64,000 nt of DNA. It comes from Octopus vulgaris. Its lineage: Eukaryota. The notes under the pieces were generated by a model. That model did no database searches and was not told the origin of the DNA. It was given only the letters and a program-made list of their open reading frames with translations. This document shows positions 39,708 through 53,525 of the stretch, in pieces; positions within the stretch are counted from its first letter, which is position 1; each line of letters begins with the position of its first letter. The translations under genes and the position numbers were made by a program. Location of the stretch: the NCBI GenBank assembly GCA_951406725.2, contig OX597823.1:51026001-51090000 (forward strand). The letters are read 5' to 3'.

Positions 39708-39765
39708 TGTAATAAAAGGAATTCTGTACAATCTTCGTTCAACTCCATTTCTTCCATTCACTAAT

Positions 39766-39800
<35 letters not shown>

Positions 39801-39966
39801 ATATACATATATACATCCATCCATCCATCCATCCATCCATCCATCCATACATACATACATACATACATAAATACACAAAGTATATTTATTTCAAATATAT
39901 TCTATGTGTGTGTATATGTATGATATATTTAGAAACGCACATGTATACACAGGTATATATATACAC

Positions 39967-40001
<35 letters not shown>

Positions 40002-40455
40002 TAGATAGATAGATAGATAGACATACATACATATATACAGACACATATACACACATATATACACATGATATACACATATACATTTATTGTCCTTTTAGAA
40101 GAATAGCGTTTACAATGTCTTCGAAGTTTCGGCCGGATTAGCCTTCAAGGGAAAAAGAAGGTAAAAGAATAATGAATATATATTCTGCAAAAAGTATTGA
40201 GTAATTCTTCAGTTTAATGTAAAGTTGCTTTTATTATAATTCGACAAAAACACACATATACACCCCCTCACACACATATATATAGCAGTGAGCTGGCAGA
40301 ATAGTTAGATATCAGGTGTTCGTCCGTTTTTGCGTTCTTAGTTCAAATTCCGCCGAGGTCGACTTTGCCTTTCATCCATTTAGGGTAGATAAAATAAATA
40401 CCACATGGGCGTTGTAACCAACCTGTTCCCTCTCCCGAACTTGCTAGTCACACTC

Positions 40456-40491
<36 letters not shown>

Positions 40492-40843
40492 CAAATGATG
40501 TGTGTGTATGTGTGCATAGTACGTATGCATTTCTACAGTTTTCAACCGATCTTCACTAACAATCTGCACAAACGATACTTATGTGCCATTGATGGTCATG
40601 CACTATAACATTTTGGCCAGAGCACCCGCGAAAAGCGAGAAACTTGGGAAAAAAAAGGTTTCGCGTGGGCTTTACTCTAAAAACTGCAATTTTCAACCGA
40701 TTTCCTCTCTTTGGCTTCTGCATGTTTTCAATCGATTCTCTCCCTTTTTTTCCCTCTATTTATTCCTTCTCCCTCTTTTTCTCATTCTCTGTTTCCCTTA
40801 CTTACACATATTCTCTCTCATCCTCTGTAATTGTTCCTCTGTA

Positions 40844-40908
<65 letters not shown>

Positions 40909-41236
40909 ATCGAAGAATTCATAGCGGCGTTGCAAAGTTATTTCATTGTCTTTTATGTAGCAAATGCAGCTTTGAAAGATCAAACGCAACTATTTTAATC
41001 TCGTAATAATTGTACTATAAGAACATAACACTGTTACAATAGGGAGGAAAACATAATTGTGTCTAATTTAGATACAACGCTCGCAATTTCAGTTTGTGTG
41101 GTGGATGTGTAATTAGTCAAATCGACTATGCTATTTGGCTTCTGTTTTTCTTGATCAACGCCTGAGGAAGGAAAGGAAAAACTCTCGGTCTCGGTGGTAT
41201 TTGAAATCAGGACGTAAGGAGCCGGGAAGGAATGCA

Positions 41237-41281
<45 letters not shown>

Positions 41282-41687
41282 GTGTTTGGACATGTCCCTA
41301 TGTGTATAAATATACACGGAAGTGTCTGTATACAGTATATATAAGGATGTGTGTCTCTCGACCCTAATTTCGTGTCCCTGATACTAAAATACCCTGATTC
41401 AAATACTAGAATTAATTATTAATGGTAAGGCACCGGATAGGATCGAAAAGAAAATGTATACACAACAAAAATAGAAGAATACATATGCGGGTACCCATCT
41501 ACAGGCAGAAAGATATTTAGGTTACGTATACGACTGAGTATATCAATAGCCCTGAGGCTAATCAAGACACGCACATTGTACTAAATGTACGGTTCATAAT
41601 ATACTTCAGATCTACACAAGGAGCAAATTCTGAGAGAAGTGAATAATAAGTAAATAAGTAACAGATGGATATCCATCCGTATATTTA

Positions 41688-41864
41688 TAGAGGGGTGCTG
41701 AAAAGTTCCTGTCTTTAGAGGCCCAAACTTTAGAATTTTATTACACGGTCGTTGCAATAAGTGTGTGAATCTGAGAAGAGAATATTTTAAATAAAATCTT
41801 AATAAACTGATCCTACTGTATTTTCTTTCATCCAAAGTCAATAACTTTTGAGCACTCCCTGGTA
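41688..41864 (+). mobile_element. Mariner-derived MITE / internally deleted element
   Basis: TIRs TAGAGGGGTGCTGAAAAGTTCCTG.CTTT / AAAGTCAATAACTTTTGAGCACTCCCTGGTA, TA flanks, and an internal mariner C-terminus-like RCNKCVNLRREYFK*. Confidence 0.75.
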
Positions 41865-41881
41865 TATATATATATATATAT

Positions 41882-42478
41882 ACCCTTATATAATATAAAT
41901 AAATATTTTCAAAGTGGAAAAATTTACAGATTTTTTCTCTTACGAGGTTTTTCACGCTAACTACTGATAATTTCTTATAAAGATTTTATCCTTAATTTTA
42001 AATTTATATTTTTCACCGGAATAGTTCAATATTGTTCCGAATAGGCAAATTGGTACCGAAATGCATTGCGAATAAGCCCGCCATTTTCATAGATATGTAA
42101 AGATAAACATTCGTACATGCTACGACGAATTCCACGGTTGGCTGTCGGGTATGCTATATTGTGTTTTTTCCTTACATGTCTTGAGTTCGTTGCACCGAAG
42201 AGCATAGAATGCATATTCTGCATTGATTGCGAAATCACAGGTGATATGTAACTAAATTCTGTTTTTAAGTGACTTGCTTTGAAGTTTTGCATTCGGTACA
42301 ATTTGTTTATTTTAGTAGTTTTGACTGCAAGAGTCCCTCCTAGCGTGCGGTACATATGAATAATAGTACCCTCTATATAATATAAATAAATATTTTCAAA
42401 GTGGAAAAATTTACTGATTTTTTCTCTTACGAGGTTTTTCACGCTAACTACTGATAATTTCTTATAAAGATTTTATCC

Positions 42479-42487
<9 letters not shown>
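41882..42487. repeat. ~120-bp direct repeats flanking a ~370-bp unique core
   Basis: ACCCT(C)TATATAATATAAATAAATATTTTCAAAGTGG..AAGATTTTATCCTTAATTTTA at 41882-42000 and 42368-42487. Confidence 0.9.
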
Positions 42488-42538
<51 letters not shown>

Positions 42539-42541
<3 letters not shown>

Positions 42542-42710
42542 CGCAGGAGTGGCTGTGTGGTAAGTAGCTTGCTAACCAACCACATGGTTCCGGGTTCAGT
42601 CCCACTGCGTGGCACCTTGGGCAAGTGTCTTCTGCTATAGCCCCGGGCCGACCAATGCCTTGTGAGTGGATTTGGTAGACGGAAACTGAAAGAAGCCTGT
42701 CGTATATATG

Positions 42711-42763
<53 letters not shown>

Positions 42764-42972
42764 TTGTGTGTCTGTGTTTGTCTCCCTAGCATTTCTTGAC
42801 AACCGATGCTGGTGTGTTTACGTCCCCGTCACTTAGCAGTTCGGCAAAAGAGACCGATAGAATAAGTACTGGGCTTACAAAGAATAAGTCCGGGGGTCGA
42901 TTTCCTCGACTAAAGGCGGTGCTCCAGCATGGCCGCAGTCAAATGACTGAAACAAGTAAAAGAGAAAAGAGA
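42539..42972 (+). mobile_element. SINE family B, young full-length copy
   Basis: Complete head, CORE-like segment, internal (AT)n(GT)n and tail. Confidence 0.92.
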
Positions 42973-43237
42973 AAGAGATATATATATATATATAAGTAAT
43001 TTTAGAGACAGAACCACATTCAACTCAATCAACACTGAAAGATTTTATACCCGACCATTCCATAAAATGTTAAAAATTAGATCTAACTATATCTATTCTG
43101 AATCCTGTATTTTCTGTTTATAAAATTACTTTTATATATACGAAAAAGCATTGAGAGATGTTCATTTTAGTACATCTAATTTGAATGTCTTTTTCCTGTG
43201 TACTCGGAAGTAATATTCCCTAATGATGATGATGATG

Positions 43238-43288
<51 letters not shown>

Positions 43289-43349
43289 TACGGAGGTGTA
43301 CTTGCATAGCAAGTGACCTGATCTGAGATGGTGTGCTGGAACGAAAACA

Positions 43350-43534
43350 ATTGCAGCGTGGAAGGTGTTTATAGGCCATTTAAGAAACACACAAAAACCA
43401 TTAGATTCACTTCAACATTTAACTTTGATTTGTCAAAGTATTTTCGTCGCTTTGAGACCGCGACCTGTTCACTGACAAAACGTCGTGCTGTGTTTCTTAA
43501 ATGGCTTATAAACACCTTCCACGCTACGCTGCAA
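43350..43534. repeat. Fold-back element with ~41-bp inverted arms enclosing a variant hammerhead motif
   Basis: TTGCAGCGTGGAAGGTGTTTATAGGCCATTTAAGAAACACA / TGTGTTTCTTAAATGGCTTATAAACACCTTCCACGCT(ACGCT)GCAA. Confidence 0.9.
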
Positions 43535-43549
43535 TAAAAATAATGATAT

Positions 43550-43664
<115 letters not shown>

Positions 43665-44142
43665 ATCATTACTTGTAGGATATGTTCCATTTTTCAACCC
43701 CACTGATAACAATCTTCTAAACTCTGGCACAATCATACAGAATTTCCTACTATATACGCACGCCTATATATATGTACACATACTCAATATAAGCAACGAT
43801 TTTTTTCACAATAGCAACGAAGTGTTTTCAATTCAAGCATTGCCGTCATAAACAAACTAGAACACATTACATAACGTACAGCGCTAGATATTAGTTATGT
43901 GAGAAGATAGTCACGATTAGAAAGGTTTTGATAATACGTTTTCACAGTGATAATTGGATAGGATTATACAACAACATAGAAAAAGCAATTTCTTCATCGA
44001 GATGCCCTTTTGTTTCTATTAGGCTTAACCTAAATTAATAAGAGATGTGCATACAAATCTAGCTCATCTGCTCTCTCTCCATTAGTCCTAGCCCATAACA
44101 AGATCATCAGCACCTCTATATTTAAAATTGCCTTTGACTTTC

Positions 44143-44349
44143 TTTACTCTTTACTCTTTTACTTGTTTCAGTCAGTTGACTGCGGCCATGCTGGAGCAAC
44201 TCGTCCCCGGGACTTATTCTTTGTAGGCCCAGCACTTATTCTATCGGTCTCTTTTGCCGAACCGCTATGTGGCGGTGACATAAACACACCAGCATCGGTT
44301 GTCAAGCAATGCTAGGAGGACAAACACAGACACACAAACATACACGCAC

Positions 44350-44388
<39 letters not shown>

Positions 44389-44555
44389 TACGACGGGCTT
44401 CTTTCAGTTTCCGTCTACCAAATCCACTCACAACGCTCTGGTCGGCCCGAGGCTATAGTAGAAGACACTTGCCCAAGGTGCCACACAGTGGGGCTGAACC
44501 CGGAACCATGTGGTTGGTAAACAAGCTAATTACCACACAGCCACTCCTGCGCCTA
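44143..44555 (-). mobile_element. SINE family B, near full-length
   Basis: Reverse complement of the family B consensus with a (AAAGAGTA)n tail. Confidence 0.9.
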
Positions 44556-44999
44556 TATCCTGACTATATCCTAATTATATATATTTATATTTTATTACTT
44601 CTGTTGATGATAACGTTGTGTAGACCCAGATTATATCTGATTAAACTGTTCCATGGTACCCGTGTAGTCAACTGAAGGAAGTACATATTCTCAACTACGC
44701 CAGATGTCCATCTAATTGAGTACCAGTTTATTCACACCCTTCTGCAGTAATCTGACCTATATGCTACAGCGTGACAGTATGGATATATTACCCTCTCTCC
44801 ACTGACGAGTCTATTTTTATACAGCCATAGTTTCTGGTGGTAGCCAAGGCGAAGGAAGCAACATAGAATCCACTAGAGCGCGACTGTTGCTACTTTTTGT
44901 TGGTGTTCTACGGCCTGGTACAGTGTTTAGGATTAATAAGATTATTAATACTGTAAGTGTTTCTATGTATATGTATTTATGCTGGTCAGAGCTGAGAGA

Positions 45000-45600
45000 C
45001 AGTGTTCTTTGAATTTGGTTAGAAAGTTTTATCGCAGTGAGGCGTTGATTGTTTCAGTAAGTTTAATATTTTTGTGAAGTGACAGAAACTGTGGCTATAG
45101 AAGATTACCATGACAACAGATTCTAATTCTCACATGTCCTGATCTTTTGGTATTTTTGATATTTTTGTTTTGGTGATGTCCGTGGGAGATCTAGCTAAAT
45201 CTTCTGACAATCCGTACTCTACCATTTTGTGCTCTTTGTAGCTTATTGTGGTTTGCTGGAGCGAGTCTAGAAGCCCATATTGGACTTGCATAAACTTTGG
45301 TGGATCTAATGTATTGTTTGTACATCATTGTGGCTTCTTTCTAATGGTCATTGTGGTTGCTCTCTTCGTGTGCCGTTTTACTCTACAACGTCTTCATTTT
45401 TAGGTACCCTATGTGGTAGGAGCAATATGTATGTCATTAAGTGTAATAGCTGGTCGTGTTTGATGTTCTCTGGTGTTACTGGTAAGGAGGGTGAGAGTGA
45501 AGTAATTTTGTGGAGGCTACTTTAAGACTGTTGATAGTTTATTCAGGATTTTGGGTGATTTATCTAGGGTTGGTGTAGTTGTTTGGAAGTATTTTAGGAG
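45000..45600 (-). mobile_element. Old Jockey/I-like LINE RT C-terminal remnant
   Basis: Reverse-strand fragments LDKSPKIL and YASPIWASRLAPANHNKLQRAQN resemble the PKILG and YASP.W...KLQ.IQN motifs. Confidence 0.45.
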
Positions 45601-48600
45601 AATGAAAAGAGGATGTGATTGTGACATAACATTGCAGATGCTAGTTACAGCAAAAGTAAAATCGATTAAAACATGACAGCTCCAACTCTTCTGCAAGTTT
45701 GTTCTCTAAACTTCCGAGATAATGTGGTATCCATTAACCTATTGTCACTGATTACGTTGATGATGATGATGACTCATGCAACGGTTGATCCGAGTTAGAA
45801 AACTACACACTGACACTGCACATGCTCTAACAACGATGTATCTTCTCTCTTTGTGTTGGTCTTTTAAATATTCTATTTTAAACAATGTAAGTCTTGAAAA
45901 TCATATGTATCTTCCGGATCACCTGTTTAAATGACAATACTGGTGAGTGCCAACAACGTTTAAGCTACTCGGTATTTCGTAGTATAGTATCAGATCGTAT
46001 GTTCTAAACCATCCGTTGCATACACTTCTTTTAAAAATCATCAAGATGCAAGTTTGACTTGAAAACTTTCGATTCCAGTCATTTTTCAATGAGTGAGGAT
46101 ACTGCTGTCCTTTTCTTAGAACTCAAAGAAATCTTGTGGATGGCACGAAAGCCATGTCTTGCATTGTAGACATCCAGCTTGGTTCCCATTGTATAACTGC
46201 GACGTTGAGAGAGCCTGCCAAATGGCAAAGTAGCTACAACTATTGAGGATAGAGCAGATTATGAAGTGTAAAGCTGTCGTTAAATTTGGCATGGAATACA
46301 TCAAGGCCTATGGCATACTTTATAAACCATTGTGACTAGACTACCTGGAAATTATTGAAATTATCATGGAGGACTAAAGATGGCAACAGAAGTGCTTATC
46401 TTGGCTGAAATCAGATGGACATATCAAAGAATAGCACGATTCTAACTGCTAATAACAGAATTGAGTCATGTGGACATCTAAAGAATTATATTATGTTCAC
46501 ATAATATGAAATTTTAATAACAAAATTGTTATTACTTTCATAGGATAATTGAACAAACAGAAAACTAATTTACCTCTAGAAAATGAAGAATGACTTTTAA
46601 ATGGTAGCGGCATGAGCAAGAATAGGTTGGTGGGAGTTTCGGGGAGATGGTCACTGAAATGAGAAATTAAACAGTATAGACCAGAGTTGCGCATCTACAT
46701 AGTCAAGACTGACAAATGTTCGAGTCTTGGTTTTGATTCTCCTTTGTAGCTTTTATACTACTTGCATGACTCAAATGTAATCACCTTGGTTTATATCTCC
46801 TTCGACCGCATGTCTGTGCAACTAAGTTCAATTTACGATGAAATTCACATCACAGTTTCGATTCTTAATTTTAACTATCCTCGTCACTTTCATAACTAAA
46901 ATGGGATTTTCAGAGCTGTAACGCTTTTGACTAATGAATCCGCTCGATCAATTCTAACTGACCGAGTTTGTATTGATCGGTTGATCAGCCGAACTGAACA
47001 AACATACGTCACAAATTTTAATCTCTGTTGTAGCTTAGCCTGTCATTTGCATGACTGAAACTTGTCGTAAAAAAAGAAGAGAAAAGATACACTAATGTAA
47101 CCAAATCTAATTTTTCCTTTTCTTCATATCTGAAACTACATGTCTAACTAAGAACTCAATACATTTGAATGGAAAAGATGCTGAATATGACTAGAAGACT
47201 TGAGTGCTGACTAAATGTTAAATAAAACTTTGTTTTATTTTATTCGAATCTAAGTTCTCTCAGTTGATTACTGTCGTTCCAGCCTCCATGAAAATGCAAA
47301 ACAATATGTACGAGAGAAGTCAACCTAGGGAATCTCTATAGAGTCAAACGAAATGCTAGAAATAGTTATCAAGTTTCGTTCAAGATTATTGTGTTTGCAG
47401 AATACTCAGCTACTTACATTTTAAATTATCGTCGAACAACGGAGACACATCACACACACACACACACACATATGGTAAGGACAAGAATACTTGAGATAAT
47501 CATTCTTCATCTCTATGTCGTTTGACTTCCGCTCCCATCAATGTCAACATTCTCTTTTACTGTTGAGGTGGTGGGGATTGGCGGAATTGTTAAAGTGTCA
47601 AACAGGACGCCTTGCACTGAATTCTTGGGTGGTAGACTCGGAGCGGTACCTGGTTCGACATAACTCAATTCATCTCATAACTGAGTGCCTGCAATGAAGT
47701 TACCTCTGTAGCATGGGGGCGAGGTCTCCAGGGTTACGATGAATTCTTCTCTGTTGTCTTGGAATCTTTGAAGAAACAAAACTCATGAGCACTGTTCTTC
47801 CCTTCCTGATCAATCGGCGAAATAAAAATAAGTGAATTAAAATACCACGAGAATCTGTTAAATGATTTATACAGGAAAGTTTCAGATTGCTGAGTTTATC
47901 ATATGCTTTGGTTCTCATGATTTTTGGTTTATGCCCAAGTCTAGCAATTTTGAGAAGAGGAACTTGGTCGATATCATCGACTCCTGTACTCGGCTAGTAC
48001 TTTATATTAGTGCCTTCTAAATGACGAAAGACAAAGTTGACCTCCGCAGGATTTGAACGCAAGCAGTGAAGACTTGTAAAAAATACTGTAAGCACTCGTA
48101 CGATTCTTCCAGCACACCACCTTATGTTTGGACTATAAAGTGCAGTGTTAGTAAGTAATGGCGCAAACAGACCAACTTATTTAGCAGTAAATTGTGTGCG
48201 AATACTTTCATACTGAATTCAGCGTAAAATTGTCTAGCATAGGCATATAGTGCTAAGTTCAACATTTTGAGATATTAGATTCACAAAATGAGTTGGTTTA
48301 GATATATTACATATAGAGTTTTCAGTGATACCTCTGTAATTGAACAGATTAGAACACTCATCAATGTATTACAACCGTAATGAATTACGTTTAGAAAACG
48401 GTAATGATCTAGCTGATGGGAAAGAACCACGTTTGTAACCCCCACTAAACGACCACTTTACGGAGTAAAAAAGATGATAAATACGAGACTGAAATTTCTT
48501 TCTACATAAAATTGGTGATTATAATATCCAATATCATGGAAATTAAAACCTCAAAAGTCAATTCTTAATTGAAAAGAACATTTGATACAAGAATCAATAA

Positions 48601-48718
48601 TATATTTGTTTCTGTTTAGTTTTATGTTTGGAAGCAGAAAGAAAAAAAAAATAACTCCGATGAACTAAGACGATAGGTGTATTTTACTGGGCCATATTTT
48701 ATTAAAATACAGAGATAT

Positions 48719-48882
48719 AGGCGCGGGCGTGGCCGCGTGGTAGAAAGCTTGCTTCCCTACCATATGGTTCCGGGTTCAGTCCCACTGCATGATACCCTGG
48801 GCAAATGCCTTCTACTATAACCTCGAGCCGAACAAAAACGGGGGCTGATGGAGGTCCATCGTATACGTATGTGTGTGTGTGC

Positions 48883-48936
<54 letters not shown>

Positions 48937-49145
48937 GCGTGTGTGTATATATGTGTCCACAATCATCAGCACCTGACAATTGGTATTCGTATGCTTAGCT
49001 CCCCGTAACCTAGCGGCTTAGCAAAAGAAACCGATAGAATAAGTACCAGGCTTTAAATAATATGTTCGGAGGTCAATTTATTCGAGTAAAAATTCTTCAA
49101 GACAGTGATTCAGCATGGCCTTAGTCTAATGACTGAAACAAATAA
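48719..49145 (+). mobile_element. SINE family B, diverged
   Basis: Head GGCGCGGGCGTGGCCGCGTGGTAG..GGGTTCAGTCCC; tail CAGCATGGCC..AGTCTAATGACTGAAACAA. Confidence 0.82.
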
Positions 49146-50769
49146 AAATAATAATGACATTTTTAAGTGTACAAGACAAATTATTAAAGCTGCGTTGGTG
49201 TTTGCACTCTTAGGTTGGAGAGAAGGACAACTCGAAATCAATAAGAAATTGTTGGAACATTAGGGAATGTTGTCTCTTCAAATGGCGTATCTTAGACAGT
49301 TTGGCTACGAGGTACTATTTCTCTGTAGACTGCCAATTTCATTCCGAAAGTGAACGCGAAAAGGAAAATAGCTGAATGTAGAGATGAACGTGTCTTGGAG
49401 GCTGTTTTGTTCTGATTACCGCGAAATTTCCACCATTTTACGAAGACACGTACAAAAATGGATGACAGAGAGCGGGAAAAAATAATGATAGATGATGTTA
49501 CAAAAAGAAAAGGAATTGAAAACATAACATGTCTAAAGTAGCATAGCTAACAAAAGAGATATGAGCAAGGGAAGGAACCAAAAGAAATGTTTGCATAGAA
49601 GTGTATTAAAGAAATGGTGTGGGGAAAAGAGTGAGGAAAAGAGCGAATCAGGGTGAGATATGAGGTGCATTTTGCTGCACATGAACGAACAACGGCAAAT
49701 AAAGTCATTAAGAAGAAGACAGTCGGGCAGGTTATTTCCCAGAAGTGTCACCTATGAGCTAATTTTGATGAAACAATTGCTCAAGTTGTGTTGGAATATC
49801 AGAAACACGAAGAAAGGCAGTCCAAGTGTTATACGCATGTCAGGAACGTACAAATTCTTTAGTGGGAATTATGCAAGACGCTTGACATATAATGTACAGG
49901 ACAAAATATAAAAAAAGAAATTAAAGGAAAAGAATAAAATCGCAATCTTAAGAACGCAAGTGAAAACAAGAGCGAACATACACTTCTGGGAATTTCTAAT
50001 CTAAACAGATCACATAGTAAAAGAGAGCAGAACAGACAGCGTGGTTTAGTGAGGTGTGATATAACATGCCGTGGTGGTAGATAAAGGACCACTAAGAAAC
50101 TACTTGACAACTGTGGCATCTTGACTAATCGATGTTTAGAAGAAAGAAACATGAACTTAAGAAGATTTTTCAAAATAAAAAAGAAAAGGGGAAAAAAATG
50201 TCAAGCGATAATTGATTATAGAAAATGTGAAGATTGTTAATAGAAAACGCTTTGAGTGATTTGTGAAATAAATACATCCGTCGCATCTAAAACTACTACT
50301 ACTGCCGCGGCTACGACTGAATATGCTTTCTGATACTGACATTTTTAAGTGAAGAGGAATAAGGTGGTAATGCATCCATGTTGCAGAGAAAATTGCATCT
50401 GTGGTCCCATCCTGATTCACAAAACATGCTGCGTGCCCAAACCTATTTGTAATCCGCAAAGCCAAGCACCGTGTGTTGTTTTATGAAGTCCAGCTGGTGT
50501 GTGATGTACCTATGTTCTAACGGCGCATTTTAGTCATAAATAGGCAGATATTCGTCTTGTTTATTAATGCCCTATAGGGACACGGTACTTCGTTATGTAA
50601 CCATAATATAATACAAAGTATAGTAAACGTTTTTATTAGTCAATACTGTCCTGTGTTAGCAGTGATATTACGTTTTTTTTTGAGATTATCTATACAGATT
50701 TTCTATAATTATAATCTCTCTCATTCTATCTTTCTCTCTCTCTCTCTCTTTCTCTGTCTCTCACACACA

Positions 50770-52320
50770 CAAACACATAGACAGGAAGGAAGCATGGCTA
50801 TGGGTTCGCAATTATCATGAATAATGGCCAACATATATATGGAATACTTCGATGATATGGCTTTAGAATTAACACCATTAAAACCAACGATACGTTGATG
50901 TCACCTGGCCCTATCATGAAGATGTCAATGTACTGCTGAATCATGTGAACTCAATAAGACTATCTACACAGTTCACAGTGGAAAGAGAAAAAGAACGACC
51001 AGCTGGCATTTCTGGACGTAGTAATAACTGGCACAGAGTATGGATTCAAGACATCTATATACCGTAAACCAACCTTCACAGGATAATATTTCAACTTCAA
51101 TTCCCACCATCCATACAATATAGACAGCCAACATCGGGCAAAGAGCAATTAGCGATCCTGACACATACCACCAATAGATGATCAGGCTAAGAAACACTAC
51201 TGTGTAGCAACTATCCGGAAAGCATACAATCCACTTCAGCTAAGAGGAGGAAAGAGGATGAAACCAAAGAAAAGCCTTCCACAGTCTGTGGAGAGGCTAT
51301 GTTAGAGGTCTCTCGGAAAAGATACAAAAGATGTGTGGTGCATATGACATCAGGTTATTATTCAGAAGTAATTCGACACTTCGCAGACATCTCTTCTGAA
51401 TGGAGCCCCACCCCATAGAAGAGAATATGACCAAAGATTGTGTACTCCATCCCATGCAGCTGTAGTAAGGTATACAAAGTAGAAACGTGCCGCCTCTTTA
51501 AAGTAATGGCAAACGAACATCGAGAAGCCGTGACACGAGAGGATACTGAAAAGTCAGGTACAAGCGATCACGTATGGAGAGAAAATGGAGACCACCAACC
51601 CCTGTGGAACGAGGTCGAAATAATAGAGAGTATCACAAGAAAATTAGAAAACTTAAGAAAGCAGCGTATATGCTAGGACATAAACCCAAGCAGGCGAAGT
51701 AAAGAAATTAATACAATATCGGAAACAATGATAAGGAAAATAAAAGAACATATTGCCACAATAACAAAAATGATTTCAAATTTTGGCACAAGGCCTGCAA
51801 TTACATCAATCACAGTGCGCAGCTAGTACTACATATTTTATCGAACCCGAAAGGATAAAAGGCAAAGTCGACCTCGGTGGAATTTAGACTCAGAACGTAA
51901 AGACGGACGAAATACCGCTAGGCATTTTGCCCGGCGTGCTAATTATTCTACCAGCTCGCAGTCTTTATAGCATTAATAACAGATTACATAGATATTAAGC
52001 TCATAAGCCTTAACAATTCACCGTAACGAGTATATTGTAATGGATAAAAGCGCTAGATAATGCAGTGCAGTCGCCTGGAGGTTCTGAGTTCTATCCCAGG
52101 AAAAGTAAATTCACAAAGATCAACTGGAGCGAAAAATATCCCGAAACGCAGAGAGCAGAATAAGAACATGGTACTCATGGATCAAATAAAGGGTTAGGTT
52201 CGATATTACGATACAACAACAGAGTATGATGGAGTGTACAACGGCCGAAAGGTAGTGAAAGCAACAATCAAGATGAAGACACCTGTCCGACTACTGGAAA
52301 TAGTGTACATAATTCGAGCT
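50770..52320 (+). mobile_element. Penelope-like element remnant (RT + GIY-YIG endonuclease), interrupted by SINE A at ~51772-51962
   Basis: Broken frames AMGS..IMANIYMEYF, QFTVEREKNDQLAFLDVVI..FKTSIYRKPTFTG*YFNFNSHHP, and VYSIPCSCSKVYKVETCR..EHREAV..KSGTSDHVWRENGDHQPLWNEVEII. The extension to 52320 (pLTR-like GGCCGAAAGG..GATGAAGACAC) is less certain. Confidence 0.85.
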
Positions 52321-53194
52321 TTGTCTTTTCGCCGAAGTTAGTCAGATGCTCCCTTAAAAGAGATGTAAAACTAGAACCAATGCTGCCACCGAAACTGTAG
52401 AAAATTATGTAGTTTTTGGAGGCTAGAGTATTGTTCAGTTAATCCACGAATTCGGTCACACACACCAAATCAATGATTTCTGTAATAGTGTAGTGTCCTA
52501 CTGGCATATTTATTTGCTGTGTCTTCCTTATCACTGTTGAGGTGATCCGGATGGAATTGTTGGCTGTATATGCTAATGCCTACTTGATCTGAAGAAATTA
52601 GATATTGAGCAATAATCACATATCAAGCTGGTATATCAACAACTGAAATACTGCTATTATATCAGAAGAGCATAAATTGTAGAGATTAATATTTTAAAAG
52701 TATAATTTGCTTTATCAGTTCAATCGAATGAAAGTTCTTATTCCATTGCAAAACTTACAGCAGTTTCATGAATGACATGGACTTAATTCCACAATATACT
52801 GCTAACAACACTTACATTCAAATAACGGATAAATTTACAGCAGAGTTTAATTGCTGTTACTACTTTTATTGTACAACAGAATTTTGAAATATTTTCCAAT
52901 GTCTGAAAAATATAGTGGCATTTGGGGATGTAATAAAAAGGAAATCACTGCTTCATCTCGTTACAAGTCCCTTTGAACTCTTTTCCGACAGAGAGTCAAT
53001 ACAATACAGAAGATTAATTCACAAAACATTAAATGCACAGATTGTAAATTCGTCGTTGGGTTTACTCTTCAAAAAAGAAAATATGAAACATTTATACTTA
53101 ACAACTGTGGGTTCTAAATCAAAAATTGTGGATCTGGAGGCGCGGTTCCCGCAGCCTAACCCATGAACGAACATGCAAGATGAATCACTATCAC

Positions 53195-53525
53195 CAGTAG
53201 TCTCTACAAATGACACCTAGCCATTTGGCTGGATACCATGCTCAAGACAACAGCCCCTTACAAGCGGTGACACTGCTAACAAAGGGTTCAAATCAGATGA
53301 ACTACATTGATAATTTTAGGACCACAACATTACTAAACACAGATTTCAAGGTTGGTAAAGAGGTTGGCTGGCAATGGTTTCGTTTGTATTGGGCAAACAT
53401 ATACAGCCCTGAACAGATTTATCCACTACAGTATTCATCTCATGCGATATATGATAGAGGGCGAGGGGAGTGAATAAAGAACGTGGCGTGGGTGGAGCCC
53501 TGATCAATTTAGGTCTAAGGTAAAG
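53195..53525 (+). mobile_element. L1/Tx1-like RT remnant
   Basis: VTLLTKG..IDNFRTTTLLNTDFKV (compare NFRPITLLNTD.KI) and downstream GVGGALINL. Confidence 0.6.

Noticed and set aside
44770-44830. CTGACGAG core-like motif
   Set aside because: No stem II-GAAA partner downstream.
49180-50500. Possible Tc1/mariner remnants (NQDG-like peptide); similar hint at 55700-55910
   Set aside because: Too degraded to assign by eye.
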